Shown here in pieces: positions 10,803 through 22,830 of a DNA stretch of 64,000 nucleotides; the first letter of the stretch is position 1, and every line of letters begins with the position of its first letter. The stretch comes from Candidatus Poribacteria bacterium (GTDB lineage Bacteria > Poribacteria > WGA-4E > PCPOR2b), in assembly GCA_965198175.1 (NCBI GenBank), contig OZ240245.1:1632001-1696000 (forward strand), read 5' to 3'. The notes beneath the pieces are model-generated. The model was not told where the DNA came from, did no database searches, and was given only the letters and a program-made list of their open reading frames with translations. Both the position numbers and the translations under genes were made by a program.

Positions 10803-12707
10803 TTAATGCGTAATGTCCTGTCCCTCAATGATTACAAGCCGCTGGTTTGCCTGGATATTCCTAAATATCGATGTCTTTCCGTTCAACCAGATTACCTCAA
10901 GTAAATCAATTACGCTTCGCGAACCTAGCCCAAACTCCGCAGTCAAACTGTTGCACGATAGGAAACTGGATCCGGCGTTGATTTCACGAAGCTGCGTTAG
11001 ATTGCTCGTCCTCAACCGGATTTTTGCTCCGACGGCATCACGGTTGCCCGTTGTGCCAATCAGTTTCACGTGCAGCCAGTTGTTTCGATTTCCTCCCTCG
11101 TTCCGTAATAAAACCCCTAGTCCATGATTGTTGACAATGAAGATATCGACATCGCCATCGTTATCGTAATCACCGAAGGCGGCACCACGTCCAACCTGCC
11201 ACGGCAGGTTGGTGATGCCTGCGCTCTCGGTCACATCAGTAAAAATGCCATCACCATTGTTGCGAAAGAGTTGATCTTTCTGTGGAATAAGCCTCTCGCG
11301 CTGATTCAGATATGGGAACGTGTGTCCATTGACTACGAAAATGTCAAGGTAACCATCGAGGTCGTAATCAAATAAATCTGTTCCCCAGCCGACATAGTCG
11401 AGACTCTCCTCGCCTAGTGAAGCGTTGTACGCTTCATCGACGAAGCGAATAAACCTTGCCCTCTGTCCGTCCGAAACAGAAGGAAGGGACACCTTGTCCG
11501 GTTGCGAATTTCTCTCCTTCGTCCAACCCTTTGGATCAGAACTCTTGAACTCCCGTCCTGAGCCAAGAATCGGGATCGGCTGTGCGGGGGCGGTCCGGTC
11601 AATATCGCTTTCCTCCTGCCGCAAATTTCTGTAAATCGCGTTTTCCTGATTCATCCAGTGACTCATAAAGATGTCCAGATCGCCATCGTTGTCATAATCT
11701 CCCGCTGCCAACCCCATTGAACCACGCACATCCGCCGCCCACGATTGGTTGCTTACATCTGTGAATATCCCATTTCCATCGTTGCGATACAGGGTGTTGG
11801 GAGAGAGGTCGTTTGCAATATATAGATCCAGATCGCCGTCCAAATCTAAGTCGGTAAAGAGAGCTTGAAAGCTTCGTCCACCATAATCTTCAACGCCCAG
11901 ATCGCTGGTGACATCAGTAAACGTGCCGTCGCCATTGTTTCGGTAAAGTATATTATCTTGGGGATCAAAGACAAACGGGTTTAACGCACTTGGAACATAT
12001 TGGCCATATTGAACCGATTTTTGCTTCGCAGCTTCTAGCTTGCTGAGATCGTAGTCGAGATAGTTAGGTACATAGAGATCGAGATCGCCATCGTTATCGT
12101 AATCCCCGAATGTTGCACCGGTGCTCCATCGTGAATCGCCAACACCAGCTTCTATTGTGACATCGGTAAACGTGCCATCTCCATTGTTGCGATAGAGTAT
12201 GTTCGGACCGTAGTTGGTGATGTAGAGATCAAGGTTGCCATCGTTATCGTAATCTCCAGAGACGCACCCCATGCCGAATTCCTGATCGCCAACGCCAGCT
12301 TTTGTTGTGACATCGGTAAACGTGCCATCCCCGTTGTTGCGATAGAGCACGTTCCCAGGAGATGACCTTGTAATCTCGGTGTTAAGTGGACCTGGGTTAT
12401 TGACAACGTAAAGATCCAAATCACCGTCATTATCGTAGTCAGCGAAGGAGGCCCCTGAACCTACATCTTCCGGATATAATCCGTGGGATGTTTCTTCTAA
12501 TGATCGGGTATCGTGCGAGTGGACGAAGTGAATGCCCGCTAATGCGGTAACATCTTTGAATATAACAGTCCTGTGGAGTCCATTTTCACGACTTCCAGGG
12601 GTTGTTTGAGCGAAAATAGCTCTGCACCATGCAAAAATGCCTATTAAAATCAGTATTTGGATGTAACAAGTAATTTTCAATTGAAAAATCCGCGCGGATT
12701 CTCGCAT
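10803..12707 (-). CDS. CRTAC1 / ASPIC-UnbV family FG-GAP repeat protein
   Basis: Signal peptide, repeated GDYDNDGDLD and LYRNNGDGTFTDVT, C-terminal NRDAVGA/FGLG UnbV domain. Confidence 0.9.
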   Translation of the reverse strand: MRESARIFQLKITCYIQILILIGIFAWCRAIFAQTTPGSRENGLHRTVIFKDVTALAGIHFVHSHDTRSLEETSHGLYPEDVGSGASFADYDNDGDLDLYVVNNPGPLNTEITRSSPGNVLYRNNGDGTFTDVTTKAGVGDQEFGMGCVSGDYDNDGNLDLYITNYGPNILYRNNGDGTFTDVTIEAGVGDSRWSTGATFGDYDNDGDLDLYVPNYLDYDLSKLEAAKQKSVQYGQYVPSALNPFVFDPQDNILYRNNGDGTFTDVTSDLGVEDYGGRSFQALFTDLDLDGDLDLYIANDLSPNTLYRNDGNGIFTDVSNQSWAADVRGSMGLAAGDYDNDGDLDIFMSHWMNQENAIYRNLRQEESDIDRTAPAQPIPILGSGREFKSSDPKGWTKERNSQPDKVSLPSVSDGQRARFIRFVDEAYNASLGEESLDYVGWGTDLFDYDLDGYLDIFVVNGHTFPYLNQRERLIPQKDQLFRNNGDGIFTDVTESAGITNLPWQVGRGAAFGDYDNDGDVDIFIVNNHGLGVLLRNEGGNRNNWLHVKLIGTTGNRDAVGAKIRLRTSNLTQLREINAGSSFLSCNSLTAEFGLGSRSVIDLLEVIWLNGKTSIFRNIQANQRLVIIEGQDITH

Positions 12708-12920
12708 CAGAACATTTGGACCGTAAAGTTAATCCTTGATGAGTTCGGTGACGTTGGCTCAAACACACTGGTGCTCATTAGTAAGGTAAAGTATGGCAAC
12801 GCTGTCAAAAATTGCCCAAGCCAGATCTGTCATTACTTAAATTGCACTCACACGCACGCGATTATGCTTGATTTAAGAACTGGAAGGGATGACCCGGAAC
12901 AGTCGGTGTAGATGCTTACG

Positions 12921-13778
12921 TCAGAGACTAGCAACAATGATGCGCTCCAGCCCTGAATAATCTACAATCACTTGACAGTCATTATACGCCGGATGTGATT
13001 GGATAAGGTTTTGAACTTGTTCACTCTGATTATTGGCAATTTCCAAAATGAGGCGACCGTCGGGATTCAAAAACTGTGGTGCCCTTGATATGATTTGGCG
13101 GATTATGCTAAGTCCATCGCATCCAGCAATAAGCGCAGTTTTCGGTTCATGTTCGCGAATATCTGGAGGAAGCGTAGGAAAATCTTTCGTGCTGATGTAG
13201 GGAGGGTTGGAGGCAATCCAATCAAAACGACGATTTTCTAATGTTTTCACAGGAGCAAAGAGATTGCCTTGCAAAAACGTGATGCGCTCAGTGCAGCCAT
13301 GGATGACCGAGTTTTTTCGAGCAACATCAAGCACGTCTGCTGACAAATCAGTTGCTACAATCTCCCAATCCGGTAGGTTGGTGGCTAGACTAACTGCGAT
13401 TGCTCCGCCGCCTGTACCGATGTCAATAAGCCGCCGTTTTCCACTTTGATGCTGCAAAATAGTCTCGACCAGGATTTCGGTTTCAGGGCGGGGGATAAGC
13501 ACACGCGAATCAACATAGAAGGCTAACGACATGAATTCCTTCTCGTTTGTGAGGTAACTCAAGGGAGTATGTGCTGCCCGCCGTTTAATTAATTCTCGAA
13601 ATTCCGAAAGCGCCTCTTGGAAAACAGGCATGTCGAAGTTCAAGTAGAGTTGCAATCGGCTCTTTTTCAGGACATACCCGAGAAGGAGTTCGGCATCTAG
13701 ACGAGAGCTAAGAATATTCTGACACTTAAGGTATTCGGTTGTCCATTGGATTAGATCGATGACACGCCAGGTTTTCAC
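12921..13778 (-). CDS. prmC: Release factor glutamine methyltransferase
   Basis: VLIPRPETE, DIGTGGG, SNPPY; directly downstream of prfA. Confidence 0.95.
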   Translation of the reverse strand: MKTWRVIDLIQWTTEYLKCQNILSSRLDAELLLGYVLKKSRLQLYLNFDMPVFQEALSEFRELIKRRAAHTPLSYLTNEKEFMSLAFYVDSRVLIPRPETEILVETILQHQSGKRRLIDIGTGGGAIAVSLATNLPDWEIVATDLSADVLDVARKNSVIHGCTERITFLQGNLFAPVKTLENRRFDWIASNPPYISTKDFPTLPPDIREHEPKTALIAGCDGLSIIRQIISRAPQFLNPDGRLILEIANNQSEQVQNLIQSHPAYNDCQVIVDYSGLERIIVASL

Positions 13779-13780
13779 AG

Positions 13781-14845
13781 CTACAAATGCTTTAACCTCT
13801 CCGCTTGATCTGCAGCTATCAAGGTATCAATGAAAGCATTTAGTTCTCCATCTAGAACCGAATCTAGTTGATAAATACTCAACCCAATACGATGGTCTGT
13901 CACGCGGTTTTGGGAGAAGTTATACGTGCGTATCTTTTCGCTCCTATCTCCACTGCCAACCATCAATTTACGAGTCTGAGCCCGTTCTGCTTCTTGTTCA
14001 GACTGCATCTTTTCCAGCAAACGCGAACGCAAGATTTTCATTGCCTTCGCCTTATTTTTGTGCTGTGATTTTTCATCTTGGCACGTGACAACAAGTCCGG
14101 TCGGTAAGTGGGTAATCCGCACTGCAGAATCGGTTGTATTCACGCTCTGTCCGCCTGGCCCAGATGATCGGTACACATCGATCCGCAAGTCCTCCGAATT
14201 GATGCTCAAATCAACATCTTCAGCTTCTGGCAACACCGCAACGGTCACAGCCGACGTATGGATGCGGCTGCTCGTCTCCGTTGCAGGGACACGTTGGACC
14301 CGATGTATTCCCCCCTCATATTTCAGCTTGCTATAAGCACCCTGTCCCTGCGCTGAGAAGATAATCTCCTTAAATCCTTTCAAACCGGTGTGATGAGAAC
14401 TGAGCAAATCAATTTTACAGCCCTGATTTTCTGCGTATCTTGAGTACATTCGAAAGAGTTCAGCCGCAAATAAGCATGCTTCTTCGCCACCTGTGCCGGC
14501 CCGAATTTCCATTATCACATTTTTCTCATCATTCGGATCCTTGGGGAGTATTAGAATTTTGAGATGCGTTTCTAATCGATTCTTATGATTATTGAGAGAA
14601 TCGAGTTCATTCTTGGCAAGCTCAATAAATTCTTCTTCGGTCTCTTGCTCAAGGAGCGATAAAGTACCCTCAATATCCTTCTCTGTCTTTTGGTATTCTT
14701 TATAGGCAGAGATAATCGGTGCTAATGCAGCGTGTGCCTTGCTGAGTTGTTGTAGCCTTTGGTGATTGGCTATCTGTTCCGGATCGGCTAATGCCTTTTG
14801 AATATCTAGATATTTGGATTCAATATCTTTTAGCTTTTCAAACAT
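13781..14845 (-). CDS. prfA: Peptide chain release factor 1
   Basis: GGQ motif (GPGGQSVN), PAT anticodon motif, [10 protein letters not shown]. Confidence 0.97.
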   Translation of the reverse strand: MFEKLKDIESKYLDIQKALADPEQIANHQRLQQLSKAHAALAPIISAYKEYQKTEKDIEGTLSLLEQETEEEFIELAKNELDSLNNHKNRLETHLKILILPKDPNDEKNVIMEIRAGTGGEEACLFAAELFRMYSRYAENQGCKIDLLSSHHTGLKGFKEIIFSAQGQGAYSKLKYEGGIHRVQRVPATETSSRIHTSAVTVAVLPEAEDVDLSINSEDLRIDVYRSSGPGGQSVNTTDSAVRITHLPTGLVVTCQDEKSQHKNKAKAMKILRSRLLEKMQSEQEAERAQTRKLMVGSGDRSEKIRTYNFSQNRVTDHRIGLSIYQLDSVLDGELNAFIDTLIAADQAERLKHL

Positions 14846-14997
14846 ATCTAGTTAGTACTCTCTTTGTTCACCTTTCACACATAATTGGCAAAGAAATTGG
14901 GGTAGTGTACCCTTCTAGATGAATGAGTTACCCCTATCTTTGAACAGAGTAAATTTTCTCTTTACGCAATAACGAAACACGAACTACCGCTAGCAAA

Positions 14998-15042
14998 TGG
15001 GGGCATGCATCATCACTTTCTGATGGTTGCTTGCCCCCAGCA
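14998..15042. other. GC-rich stem-loop between rpmE and prfA (possible terminator or processing signal)
   Basis: TGGGGGCATGCATCATCA-ctttc-TGATGGTTGCTTGCCCCCA imperfect inverted repeat. Confidence 0.45.
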
Positions 15043-15098
15043 TTTCTGAATGCATCCATAACATGCCCTGCTTGACTCAGCAATCTTCTGCTATAGGC

Positions 15099-15311
15099 TC
15101 ACTCGGTTTCCGCCGAGATCCCATATTTTCTGCGGAAGTTTTCTACACGACCGGCCGTATCAATCATCGTCTGCTGCCCGGTGTAATAGGGATGACACTT
15201 CGCGCACACTTCAATACGTATTTGAGGTTTCGTCGAAATAGTCTTGTATGTTGCACCGCAAACACAATTGATGACACATTCCATCGTCTGCGGATGAATA
15301 TCTGTTTTCAC
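15099..15311 (-). CDS. rpmE: 50S ribosomal protein L31 (Zn-binding type)
   Basis: KTDIHP...CVCG...CAKCHPYYTG...DTAGRVENFRRKYG; GTG at 15311 after GGGGGTGG. Confidence 0.95.
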   Translation of the reverse strand: MKTDIHPQTMECVINCVCGATYKTISTKPQIRIEVCAKCHPYYTGQQTMIDTAGRVENFRRKYGISAETE

Positions 15312-15357
15312 GCTGATAACCACCCCCTTTGAACTGACACATTAACTAAAAGACAAA

Positions 15358-16677
15358 CTACCATTGGTTACGCCCTCGCGAAGGAGGATTTTTCGGCTTG
15401 TTATCAACCATCATTTCAAGAAACGCCTCGTTGGTGTCCGTTTTGCCTAACTGTTCCACAAAGAGTTCCATTGATTCAGCGGTACTCATCTGGCCCATGA
15501 ACTTTCGCAAAAGCCATACTTTGCTAAGGACCTCTGGCTTAAGTAATAGTTCTTCGCGTCGCGTCTTCGATTTATTGATGTTAATTGATGGAAAGATACG
15601 TCGATCTAACAAAGAACGTTCTAGGTGTATTTCCATGTTCGCAGTGCCTTTGAATTCCTCATAAATGTGTTCATCAGCACGGCTTTCTGTGTCAATCAGT
15701 GCGGTAGCCATAATTGTCAGACTGCCCCCTTCTTCAATCTTCCGCCCAGCTCCAAAAAGCTTCCGTGGTTTAATGAAAGCAAGTGCATCCAACCCCCCTG
15801 TCAACGTCTTCCCGCTGTGGGGTGCCACAACATTATATGCCCGCGCAAGGCGTGTCATACTATCCAACAAAATCACTACATCTTTGCCATATTCGACCAA
15901 TCTTTGCGCCTTTTCAATGACAATTTCTGCAACTTGCACATGACGCTCTGGATGCTCGTCAAAGGTTGAACTGATGACCTCTCCTTTGACTGAGCGGGCG
16001 ACATCTGTAACTTCCTCTGGACGTTCATCAATCAAAAGGACAATCAACATCACCTCCGGATGATTCGCCGTGACACCACTGGCAATGTTCTTCAAGAGCG
16101 TGGTTTTACCACTGTAGGGCGGTGCGATAATAAGGCCGCGTTGTCCCTTACCAATTGGCGACATCAAATCGACGATTCGCGTTGAACACTCAAGCGGGTC
16201 GTGTTCAAGTCTTAACTGTTCATAAGGATAGACAGGAGTTAAATTATCAAAAAGAATCTTGTCCTTTGCTAATTCGGGATTCTCACCGTTGACTTCTTCA
16301 ATCTTTAATAACGCAAAGTAGTATTCTTCTTTGTTGCCATCCTTCTTAGGTGGGCGGATTTGCCCCTGAACCTCATGTCCCGTGCGCAGATCGAACTTAC
16401 GAATCTGAGAGGGAGACACATAAATGTCATCGTTGCTCTGCAAATAGTTGTATCGAGATGAACGGAGGAAACCATACCCTTGATCTCGATCTGTTAAAAT
16501 CTCAAGAACACCTTCTCCAAACAACGCACCACTGCTCGCCGCTTTGGCCTCAAGAATCCGGGTTATCAAATCTTGTTTTCGGAGGCCACTATAACCGCTC
16601 AGTCCAAGTTTTCGAGCCATAGAATTGAGTTCGGAGATTGTCGATTCTTGGAGTTTAGTAATGTCTACATTCTCCAT
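15358..16677 (-). CDS. rho: Transcription termination factor Rho
   Basis: [47 protein letters not shown]. Confidence 0.98.
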   Translation of the reverse strand: MENVDITKLQESTISELNSMARKLGLSGYSGLRKQDLITRILEAKAASSGALFGEGVLEILTDRDQGYGFLRSSRYNYLQSNDDIYVSPSQIRKFDLRTGHEVQGQIRPPKKDGNKEEYYFALLKIEEVNGENPELAKDKILFDNLTPVYPYEQLRLEHDPLECSTRIVDLMSPIGKGQRGLIIAPPYSGKTTLLKNIASGVTANHPEVMLIVLLIDERPEEVTDVARSVKGEVISSTFDEHPERHVQVAEIVIEKAQRLVEYGKDVVILLDSMTRLARAYNVVAPHSGKTLTGGLDALAFIKPRKLFGAGRKIEEGGSLTIMATALIDTESRADEHIYEEFKGTANMEIHLERSLLDRRIFPSININKSKTRREELLLKPEVLSKVWLLRKFMGQMSTAESMELFVEQLGKTDTNEAFLEMMVDNKPKNPPSRGRNQW

Positions 16678-17534
16678 AGTTTTTGTTACTCCTCATTAAC
16701 ACACAATGTAAGTTGTCCGTAGATAGCTTACGCACGGCTTCATCATTTCAAAGATAAACATGAAGCACTTCTAACAAGCAATTTATCACTAACTCCTATA
16801 GTAAAGTAGAACAAAGATAAGGGCAAACCATCGAAACAAATAGGATTGGATCGTCGGGTATGAATATACAAAACTATCTTTGGTTGGATTCTAGTTCAAA
16901 GGGGTTACCCAATCTAGTAACATGCAGAAGATACGAATTCTTCATTCAACTTCAGAAGTTTTTCACAAGACCTTTGTCTGTCGCTCGATTTTCTCAAGGT
17001 TTGGAGAGACTTTACTACTCAACACAGGGTGCTGGGGCAGTTGAGACTTAAATCACTGACATAAACTTCCGAAATTTGGGGTGCAGATTCCGCCATCACT
17101 GAAAAAGTCGCATAGAAGAGGATTCAAATGTACTTTGAAGGAGTAAAGCGGGTTCAGACGAAGCAAATCTCTGCGGTAGATAATTACTGGGGGGAAATTT
17201 CCGTCATCAATCATGATATTATACATTAGTAAGTAATAGATCGTCAAGTATTAGTTGTATAAAACGCACAAAAAAAAGAACTGTTTCCAAATAAAGCGTC
17301 AATTCGTACACGTTAACCGCTGGTAGAACCAAAAAAACAAGTAACTATCGGCGGCTGAGATTGCACTGTGCTTCTATCAAACATTCATGCAGTGTGTAAT
17401 CGGTTATGTAAACATTTGACAGATTAGACCAATTCTAAGGTCCTTGAGATGATTTAGGACCAACGCTTGGATTTTGGGGGCGCGTGATGAATACAGCATT
17501 TCCTGAATCCACGACAACGAAATGTCAATAGAAC

Positions 17535-18443
17535 CTAGTCAACTTTTACGTTCGACATCTGCTCTAAAGCCAGCATAAGCGCTTGCGTGCCAAGGCGACC
17601 GTGACCTTGAGCTTTAACGGCAAGATAAAGCTGATGTACCAGCGCAAGTCCGGGAAGACTCAAGTTCATCTTCTCGGCTTCATCAAGCGCGATGCCCATA
17701 TCCTTGATGAAGTGCTCGACAAAAAAGCCCGGATCGAAGTCGCGCTGGAGAATACGGGGTGCGAGATTGCTCAGCGCCCAACAAGCTGCTGCGCCGCCAC
17801 TAATCGATGAGAGCATCGTCTTCAGATCTAAGCCTGCCCTGTACCCGTAGAATAACCCTTCACAGACACCAATCATCGTGCCGGCAATTGTAATCTGATT
17901 GCACATCTTGGTGTGCTGACCGGCTCCTGCAGCACCCTGATGGACGATGTTTTTCCCCATCGCTTCGAGGAGTGGCATGATAGTTTCAACAACTTCGGAA
18001 TCACCTCCCACCATAATGGAGAGCCGTGCTTCTCGTGCACCAACATCGCCCCCTGAAACCGGGGCATCAACGGAGGAAACCCCCTGGGCCCTAGCTTTCT
18101 CATAAATTTCTTGCGCCAGCGATGGCTCGGTTGTTGTCATGTCAACGATAATGTTCCCTGTTTTTGCGCATTTTAGGATGCCTTTATCGCCAAGATATAT
18201 TTCTCTCACATCTGGCGGAAAACCAACGATTGTGAAGATTACATCTGAGGCTGTGGCAACTTTACTGGGGTCATCTGCCCAAGTTGCGCCGCTATCAAGT
18301 AATGGCTGCGCTTTTTCTTTTGTTCGGTTGTAGACAGTTGCTGAATATCCGAGATTCATGATGTGCTGGCACATCCAGCGTCCCATAACACCGGTTCCAA
18401 CCCAGCCGATTTTTGTCTTTTCTGGATGCATCGTTATACCCAT
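17535..18443 (-). CDS. Beta-hydroxyacid dehydrogenase (3-hydroxyisobutyrate dehydrogenase / GarR family)
   Basis: GWVGTGVMG Rossmann motif, [16 protein letters not shown] catalytic Lys. Confidence 0.9.
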   Translation of the reverse strand: MGITMHPEKTKIGWVGTGVMGRWMCQHIMNLGYSATVYNRTKEKAQPLLDSGATWADDPSKVATASDVIFTIVGFPPDVREIYLGDKGILKCAKTGNIIVDMTTTEPSLAQEIYEKARAQGVSSVDAPVSGGDVGAREARLSIMVGGDSEVVETIMPLLEAMGKNIVHQGAAGAGQHTKMCNQITIAGTMIGVCEGLFYGYRAGLDLKTMLSSISGGAAACWALSNLAPRILQRDFDPGFFVEHFIKDMGIALDEAEKMNLSLPGLALVHQLYLAVKAQGHGRLGTQALMLALEQMSNVKVD

Positions 18444-18561
18444 AAATTACCTCCTTGTTGTTGAGTAGAAATAAATGGTGCGAAATGAATTAATGGACCT
18501 CTGAAGCCTTTATCCTCTTGTCTTATGTCCTCTCTTCCATTATCTTCTCTCCTCCCTGAAT

Positions 18562-19560
18562 TTAGAGCCAACGATTTTCTAGATACCAGTCCGCGGTTTC
18601 CTGAATGCCCTTTTGAAGCGGATATGCCGTGGCAAAGCCAATCTGCTGTTGCGCCTTTGTACTATCACAAATCCAGAATCGTTGCTTGAGTTCTCGCATT
18701 TTTTGCCGATTCAAAGTCGGGGTTTGGTGCATTACTCTAGCTACGGTTTCTGTACAGATTGACATCAAATCCAAGAGTACAAAGGGTACTTTCAGTCTGA
18801 AAGGGCATTTCTTTAACGCGTAAGCTATTGTACTTCCAACGTCCATCCATGAATGCAGCTCGCCATCCGTTAGGAAATAAGCTTCGCCGATAGCAAGATT
18901 GGACACAGCAGCAGCGTAGATTCCGGCTACTAGGTCCTTGACATACACCAAACTCAGCAGCCTCTCCTCGTCGCCGAGGATTGGCATCAGCCCTCTATCA
19001 ACAAGCTGGAAATAGAGAAAAATATCTGTATCCCTTGGACCATAGACAGCCGGTGGACGAATGATGGTAATCGGCAAACAATTAGCATATTCGTTTGTTA
19101 CAATTTCACCTTTGAGCTTGCTTCTACCGTAGTCTGTCAACGGTTGTGGGGAAGCGTCTTCAGTCATTGGTGTTGCGGAAGGACACGGCCCCATTGCAGC
19201 AAGGCTGCTACAGTAAACGAATCGGTCCAAATGAGCATTCGTTTGTAGACAAGCTTTAATTAGGTTCTTTGTTCCTTGTACATTGACGTGATCGTAAGTA
19301 GCAGCGTCGGGCGCTTTGGTCAATCCTGCAAGATGAAAAACGAGGTTTGTATCTTGGACCAATTGAGCGAGTGTATCATAATCGCCAATATCCGCCGTAA
19401 CCAATTCAATCGGGACAATTTCCGCATCCATCAGATGGCTGAGCCAGCGTAAGTCGCTCGTTTTGCGGACAAGGCAGGTTACGTGATAACCTTGATTGAC
19501 GAGAAACTCCACGAGATAGCTACCAATGAAACCTGTGCTGCCAGTAACGAAAGCTTTCAT
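18562..19560 (-). CDS. NAD-dependent epimerase/dehydratase (extended SDR)
   Basis: TGSTGFIG, YGRSK, RPPAVYGPRD. Confidence 0.9.
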   Translation of the reverse strand: MKAFVTGSTGFIGSYLVEFLVNQGYHVTCLVRKTSDLRWLSHLMDAEIVPIELVTADIGDYDTLAQLVQDTNLVFHLAGLTKAPDAATYDHVNVQGTKNLIKACLQTNAHLDRFVYCSSLAAMGPCPSATPMTEDASPQPLTDYGRSKLKGEIVTNEYANCLPITIIRPPAVYGPRDTDIFLYFQLVDRGLMPILGDEERLLSLVYVKDLVAGIYAAAVSNLAIGEAYFLTDGELHSWMDVGSTIAYALKKCPFRLKVPFVLLDLMSICTETVARVMHQTPTLNRQKMRELKQRFWICDSTKAQQQIGFATAYPLQKGIQETADWYLENRWL

Positions 19561-19600
19561 ACAAAAAAACGGGATTGAACGCAGTGCTCAGTATACGAAA

Positions 19601-20647
19601 CTATTTGACTTTTCCCTGCTTCAAGTCCTTTGCCAATTGTGATACCAAAACGGTTCCTCCGATGGCGACAGCAAAATAAGTTGTGAAGAAACGTGTCAAT
19701 AGTGCGTATAGTCCAACCGCATCGGGTTTAATCAGGTTTTTCATTAGAACGACTGTAAGAAATTCAGCGATTCCACTTGCACCCGGACTTGGTGCAAACA
19801 ATGTTGAAAAGTGTAGTATTGCTTGTGCGGCAATTACGTCCCAAAACAGCGCGTTTCCGCCTAACACCTGAACAATAATATATCCGCCTACAAATCGGTT
19901 TATGTATATGCCACCCGAAAGGATAAGACTCAAAACAAAGACTCCCTTGTGGTTGGCGATAAACATGTTGGTAAACGCTTTGTGTTCCCCAATTAATTTT
20001 TCGAGCGATAGAGCCAAACGATTCAACACCTTCGCAGGAAAGCAAGAGCCGCGACGATTCATCAACCGAATTCTCGTCAACGGAAACAGCAGTACGCCGG
20101 GCTTGATGACCATGACGAACAAGAACAAGAGCACAAGGGCAAACATCACTAGACTATATTGGCCGATAATGGCGAATCCCTTGGGCAAGAAATGGGGAGT
20201 CTGCCAGACGGCGTATCCCGCCGAGCAAATCAGAAACATCAGTGTACCGATAAAGCTGATGATGCCTAGCGTCATACAACCCGATAGTGGTACCCCGCTA
20301 CGGTTGAAAATGTAGATGTATCCGACTCCCCCGATCTGAAACGGCGTGATCCCACCCACGCAAAGTGTTGCTAAGGTAGCGCGGATGCTGTCAAAGAAGG
20401 TCACTTGTGGTGACATCTTTCGCACAAAAATGTAGAAGCGTGTGGCGCCACATAGCCAATCTGAGAGCATGCAGAGCAGTGCAATAAATAAGAACCTCCC
20501 GCGTATCGAACTCAGTATGCTGCCTATATTCTTCGTGTCTCCCAACAAAAAACTGACGTACAAGCCAATAAGGGTGCAGAGTATAAAAAACAGAAATCCA
20601 CGAATAATATTCTTTCGGTTCAGTGACTGACTCAAGAACTCATGCAT
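19601..20647 (-). CDS. Flippase-like membrane protein (LPG-synthase TM / UPF0104 family)
   Basis: Polytopic; ITPFQIGG and APSPGASGIAE motifs. Confidence 0.8.
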   Translation of the reverse strand: MHEFLSQSLNRKNIIRGFLFFILCTLIGLYVSFLLGDTKNIGSILSSIRGRFLFIALLCMLSDWLCGATRFYIFVRKMSPQVTFFDSIRATLATLCVGGITPFQIGGVGYIYIFNRSGVPLSGCMTLGIISFIGTLMFLICSAGYAVWQTPHFLPKGFAIIGQYSLVMFALVLLFLFVMVIKPGVLLFPLTRIRLMNRRGSCFPAKVLNRLALSLEKLIGEHKAFTNMFIANHKGVFVLSLILSGGIYINRFVGGYIIVQVLGGNALFWDVIAAQAILHFSTLFAPSPGASGIAEFLTVVLMKNLIKPDAVGLYALLTRFFTTYFAVAIGGTVLVSQLAKDLKQGKVK

Positions 20648-20696
20648 CGGTATTTAGTTCGATACTATCCTAACTCGAGCTTTAATCCTAATCACT

Positions 20697-21536
20697 TCAG
20701 ATTAACCTTAAATCCAAACTGATATCTAATGGCATCGCCGAATGCGTTAACGCCCCGACAGAGATCAGATCTACTCCCGTTTCAGCAACAGCGTCGACCT
20801 TGTCTAGCGTTATATTCCCCGATGCTTCTATAAGGACTCGACCAGCGATTTTCTCGACCGTAGTTCTCATGAGCTCCACCGGCATGTTATCAAGCAATAA
20901 AATGTCAACTCCTGCACGCAGGGCTTCTTCAACTTGATCCGGCGTCTCGACTTCAACCTCGATTTTCAAGGTGTGAGGGACTGTTAATTTTGCCCTCTTC
21001 ACGGCTTTGGCGACACTCTCAGCTGCGATGATGTGATTGTCCTTGATGAGGAGCCCGTCAAATAGCCCAAAACGATGGTTGTGTCCACCACCCATACAGA
21101 CGGCATACTTCTGGATGGCTCGCCAACCAGCGGTGGTCTTGCGCGTATCCGTAATCTGGACATCGTATTTCGCAGCTAGAGCAACAAACTGTGCGGTCAG
21201 TGTTGCAGTTCCTGAAAGACGTTGCAAAAAGTTGATGGCAATACGTTCACCGGTGAGGATGGAATTCACGTGCCCCTTTACTTCAGCGATTGGAGTCATC
21301 TTCCTGACCCTATCGCTATCGGAAACAAGGTTCCGAAAGTCAAGTGACGAATCAATCTTTTGAAAAACGCGTCGAGCCACCGGAAGTCCAGCAATCACAC
21401 CGTGGTCCTCGACAATAATTACACCATCCCCTTTTTGCGTAGGGGAAACTGTGGACTCGGTGGTTATATCGCCAGTTCCAATGTCCTCCGCGAGCGCAAG
21501 CTCAATGAGTGGATCTATGGAACGAAAGTCTAGCAT
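20697..21536 (-). CDS. nadC: Nicotinate-nucleotide pyrophosphorylase (quinolinate phosphoribosyltransferase)
   Basis: EDIGTGDIT, DTRKT, NHRFGLFD, IKDNH, LLDNM, ISVGALTHSA. Confidence 0.96.
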   Translation of the reverse strand: MLDFRSIDPLIELALAEDIGTGDITTESTVSPTQKGDGVIIVEDHGVIAGLPVARRVFQKIDSSLDFRNLVSDSDRVRKMTPIAEVKGHVNSILTGERIAINFLQRLSGTATLTAQFVALAAKYDVQITDTRKTTAGWRAIQKYAVCMGGGHNHRFGLFDGLLIKDNHIIAAESVAKAVKRAKLTVPHTLKIEVEVETPDQVEEALRAGVDILLLDNMPVELMRTTVEKIAGRVLIEASGNITLDKVDAVAETGVDLISVGALTHSAMPLDISLDLRLI

Positions 21537-21744
21537 TTTGGATATCAGATATTAGACTATTGCCGCCGTATCACTTGGTCAAATAGGAATCCCCTTCAAC
21601 CGCCCAACTATTGCCAAATGGCGAAATCCCTTTGGGCAACTCAACAGTCTTCTCCTTTTGTCCCATTCTATATATTTTTTTTCGGCATAAGTCTAGTATG
21701 TGTACAAGTGGTGGCGCGTGTCGTGGAAGTGAGTATGTTTAAGA

Positions 21745-22830
21745 TCGCGTTAAAAGGCCATACCTATGGCGTAATCATCACAGCACAGCAGTCACCCAAA
21801 TCAGGAGAACCAAAGGTACGCCGATTCGTAGGTAATGGCTATAGTGGTAACCTCCCGGGCCCGTAAACCATCAGGTTTGTCTGACTAACCGAGAGGAGTA
21901 GCAAAGCCCCCTAAAGCAGCCACCATAATTACCATCGCAAACAGGCATCAAATTCAAATGGATGAATTTGGCTGTTGACCATGAGCAGCAGCTAGTGAGA
22001 AGCATCAATCCTACAGCAAGCAGTGCTGCATTGAGCATGCTCAACCATCCGAAGGTTACGACAAGAATCATTCCAGTCAGAAGTGCTAGCGCCACCCAAG
22101 TACGGATGTGACACGGAGGATTAGAATTCTCAACTTGGCTGACGAGAAAATAATCGCGAGAGTTTCGTAGTTGCGCTTCGAATGATGGAGAAGTTTTCAA
22201 CAAAAGCGTGTCACCGGGATGTAAAATGATGTCGCCAACTTTCTTACGGAGACGTTCACCGTTGCGAGCTACTGCAATCACTACAGCGTTATAAACCGTC
22301 CGGAACCGACCTTCGTGGATGGTTTTGTCAACGAGCGGGCAAGTGTTGGAAACAACCGCTCCAATGAGACAATGCTGTGTTCTCGGACTGTCGAGTTTGA
22401 AGATTTGATCTTTAGCTGGCGTCAACCCATGTATCTTTTGTAAATCTTTCACCGATTCTACAATGCCGACGAAGATTAGGTGGTCGTGCGCCTGTACGCG
22501 CTCGTGGGGCGAAAAAGCCGCCAAGGACTTGGTCTCCTTGGTCAATTTCTATAAGGTACAGCCCTGGCATGTGTCACAGACCTGCCTTGCCTGTTCGATA
22601 GTCTGTCCAACTAACGAACTACCTGCATCCACTAGAATTTTTACGGTGTATTCCCTTGGGGTCTCCATTAGGTGAATCGCTGCACGTTGCTCTGGCAGTA
22701 ACCATCGACTGAATACCAACATGTACGCCAAACCCACTATAGCACCAGGCACTCCAATAATGCAATAATCAACCTTACAACGCCCAGCGTTCCCCACGCT
22801 TGCCGACCCAATGCCTCTCCGCACATGCAC
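21745..22830 (-). pseudogene. Degraded SLC13-type transporter with TrkA-C domains
   Basis: Pieces in several frames: SRWLLP..REYTV..SSLVGQTIEQA; GRFRTVYNAVVIAVARNGERL..GDTLLL; below the track ORF, QTNLMVYGPG / GYHYSHYLRIGVPL. Multiple frameshifts and stops, N-terminus missing. Confidence 0.8.
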
